Origin: Octopus sinensis
Lineage: Eukaryota
Length of the DNA: 64,000 nt
Direction of reading: 5' to 3'
NCBI RefSeq assembly: GCF_006345805.1
Contig: NC_043001.1
Coordinates: 126,232,001 to 126,296,000, forward strand
The notes under the pieces were generated by a model. The model had not been told where the DNA came from. It worked only from the letters and a program-made list of their open reading frames with translations, and did not search any database. Shown in pieces: positions 63,965 through 64,000 of the stretch. Both the position numbers and the translations under genes were made by a program. Each line of letters opens with the position of its first letter. The first letter of the stretch is position 1.

Positions 63965-64000
<36 letters not shown>

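Overview
AT-rich, microsatellite-saturated eukaryotic DNA with one 100-N gap (15012-15111). The repeat families suggest a coleoid cephalopod, most likely Octopus (inference from recalled repeat families, not from a database search). No intact host protein-coding gene is evident, and most long ORFs in the track are microsatellite artefacts. The window is a mosaic of tRNA-derived SINEs (at least 4 families), DNA transposon relics (mariner, two Tc1, a DUF4817-type Tc1/mariner, Chapaev3-like, a hAT MITE, a Helitron), LINE fragments (Tx1/L1, RTE, R4/Dong-like) and Penelope-like elements (a near-complete Naiad-type RT+GIY-YIG copy, a deleted Naiad, a Neptune-type fragment). It also holds a full-length 5S rRNA copy and a 7SL/SRP RNA copy. 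The strongest leads are: (i) a tRNA-headed short element ending in a minimal hammerhead ribozyme and inserted with Penelope-type geometry, i.e. a candidate Penelope-mobilised SINE; (ii) a recurring CCGAnGA hammerhead core variant; (iii) LINEs embedded in (TATC)n and (CATA)n microsatellites; (iv) a 5S-head/LINE-type-tail chimera; (v) a Chapaev3-like element with a 22-bp flanking duplication.
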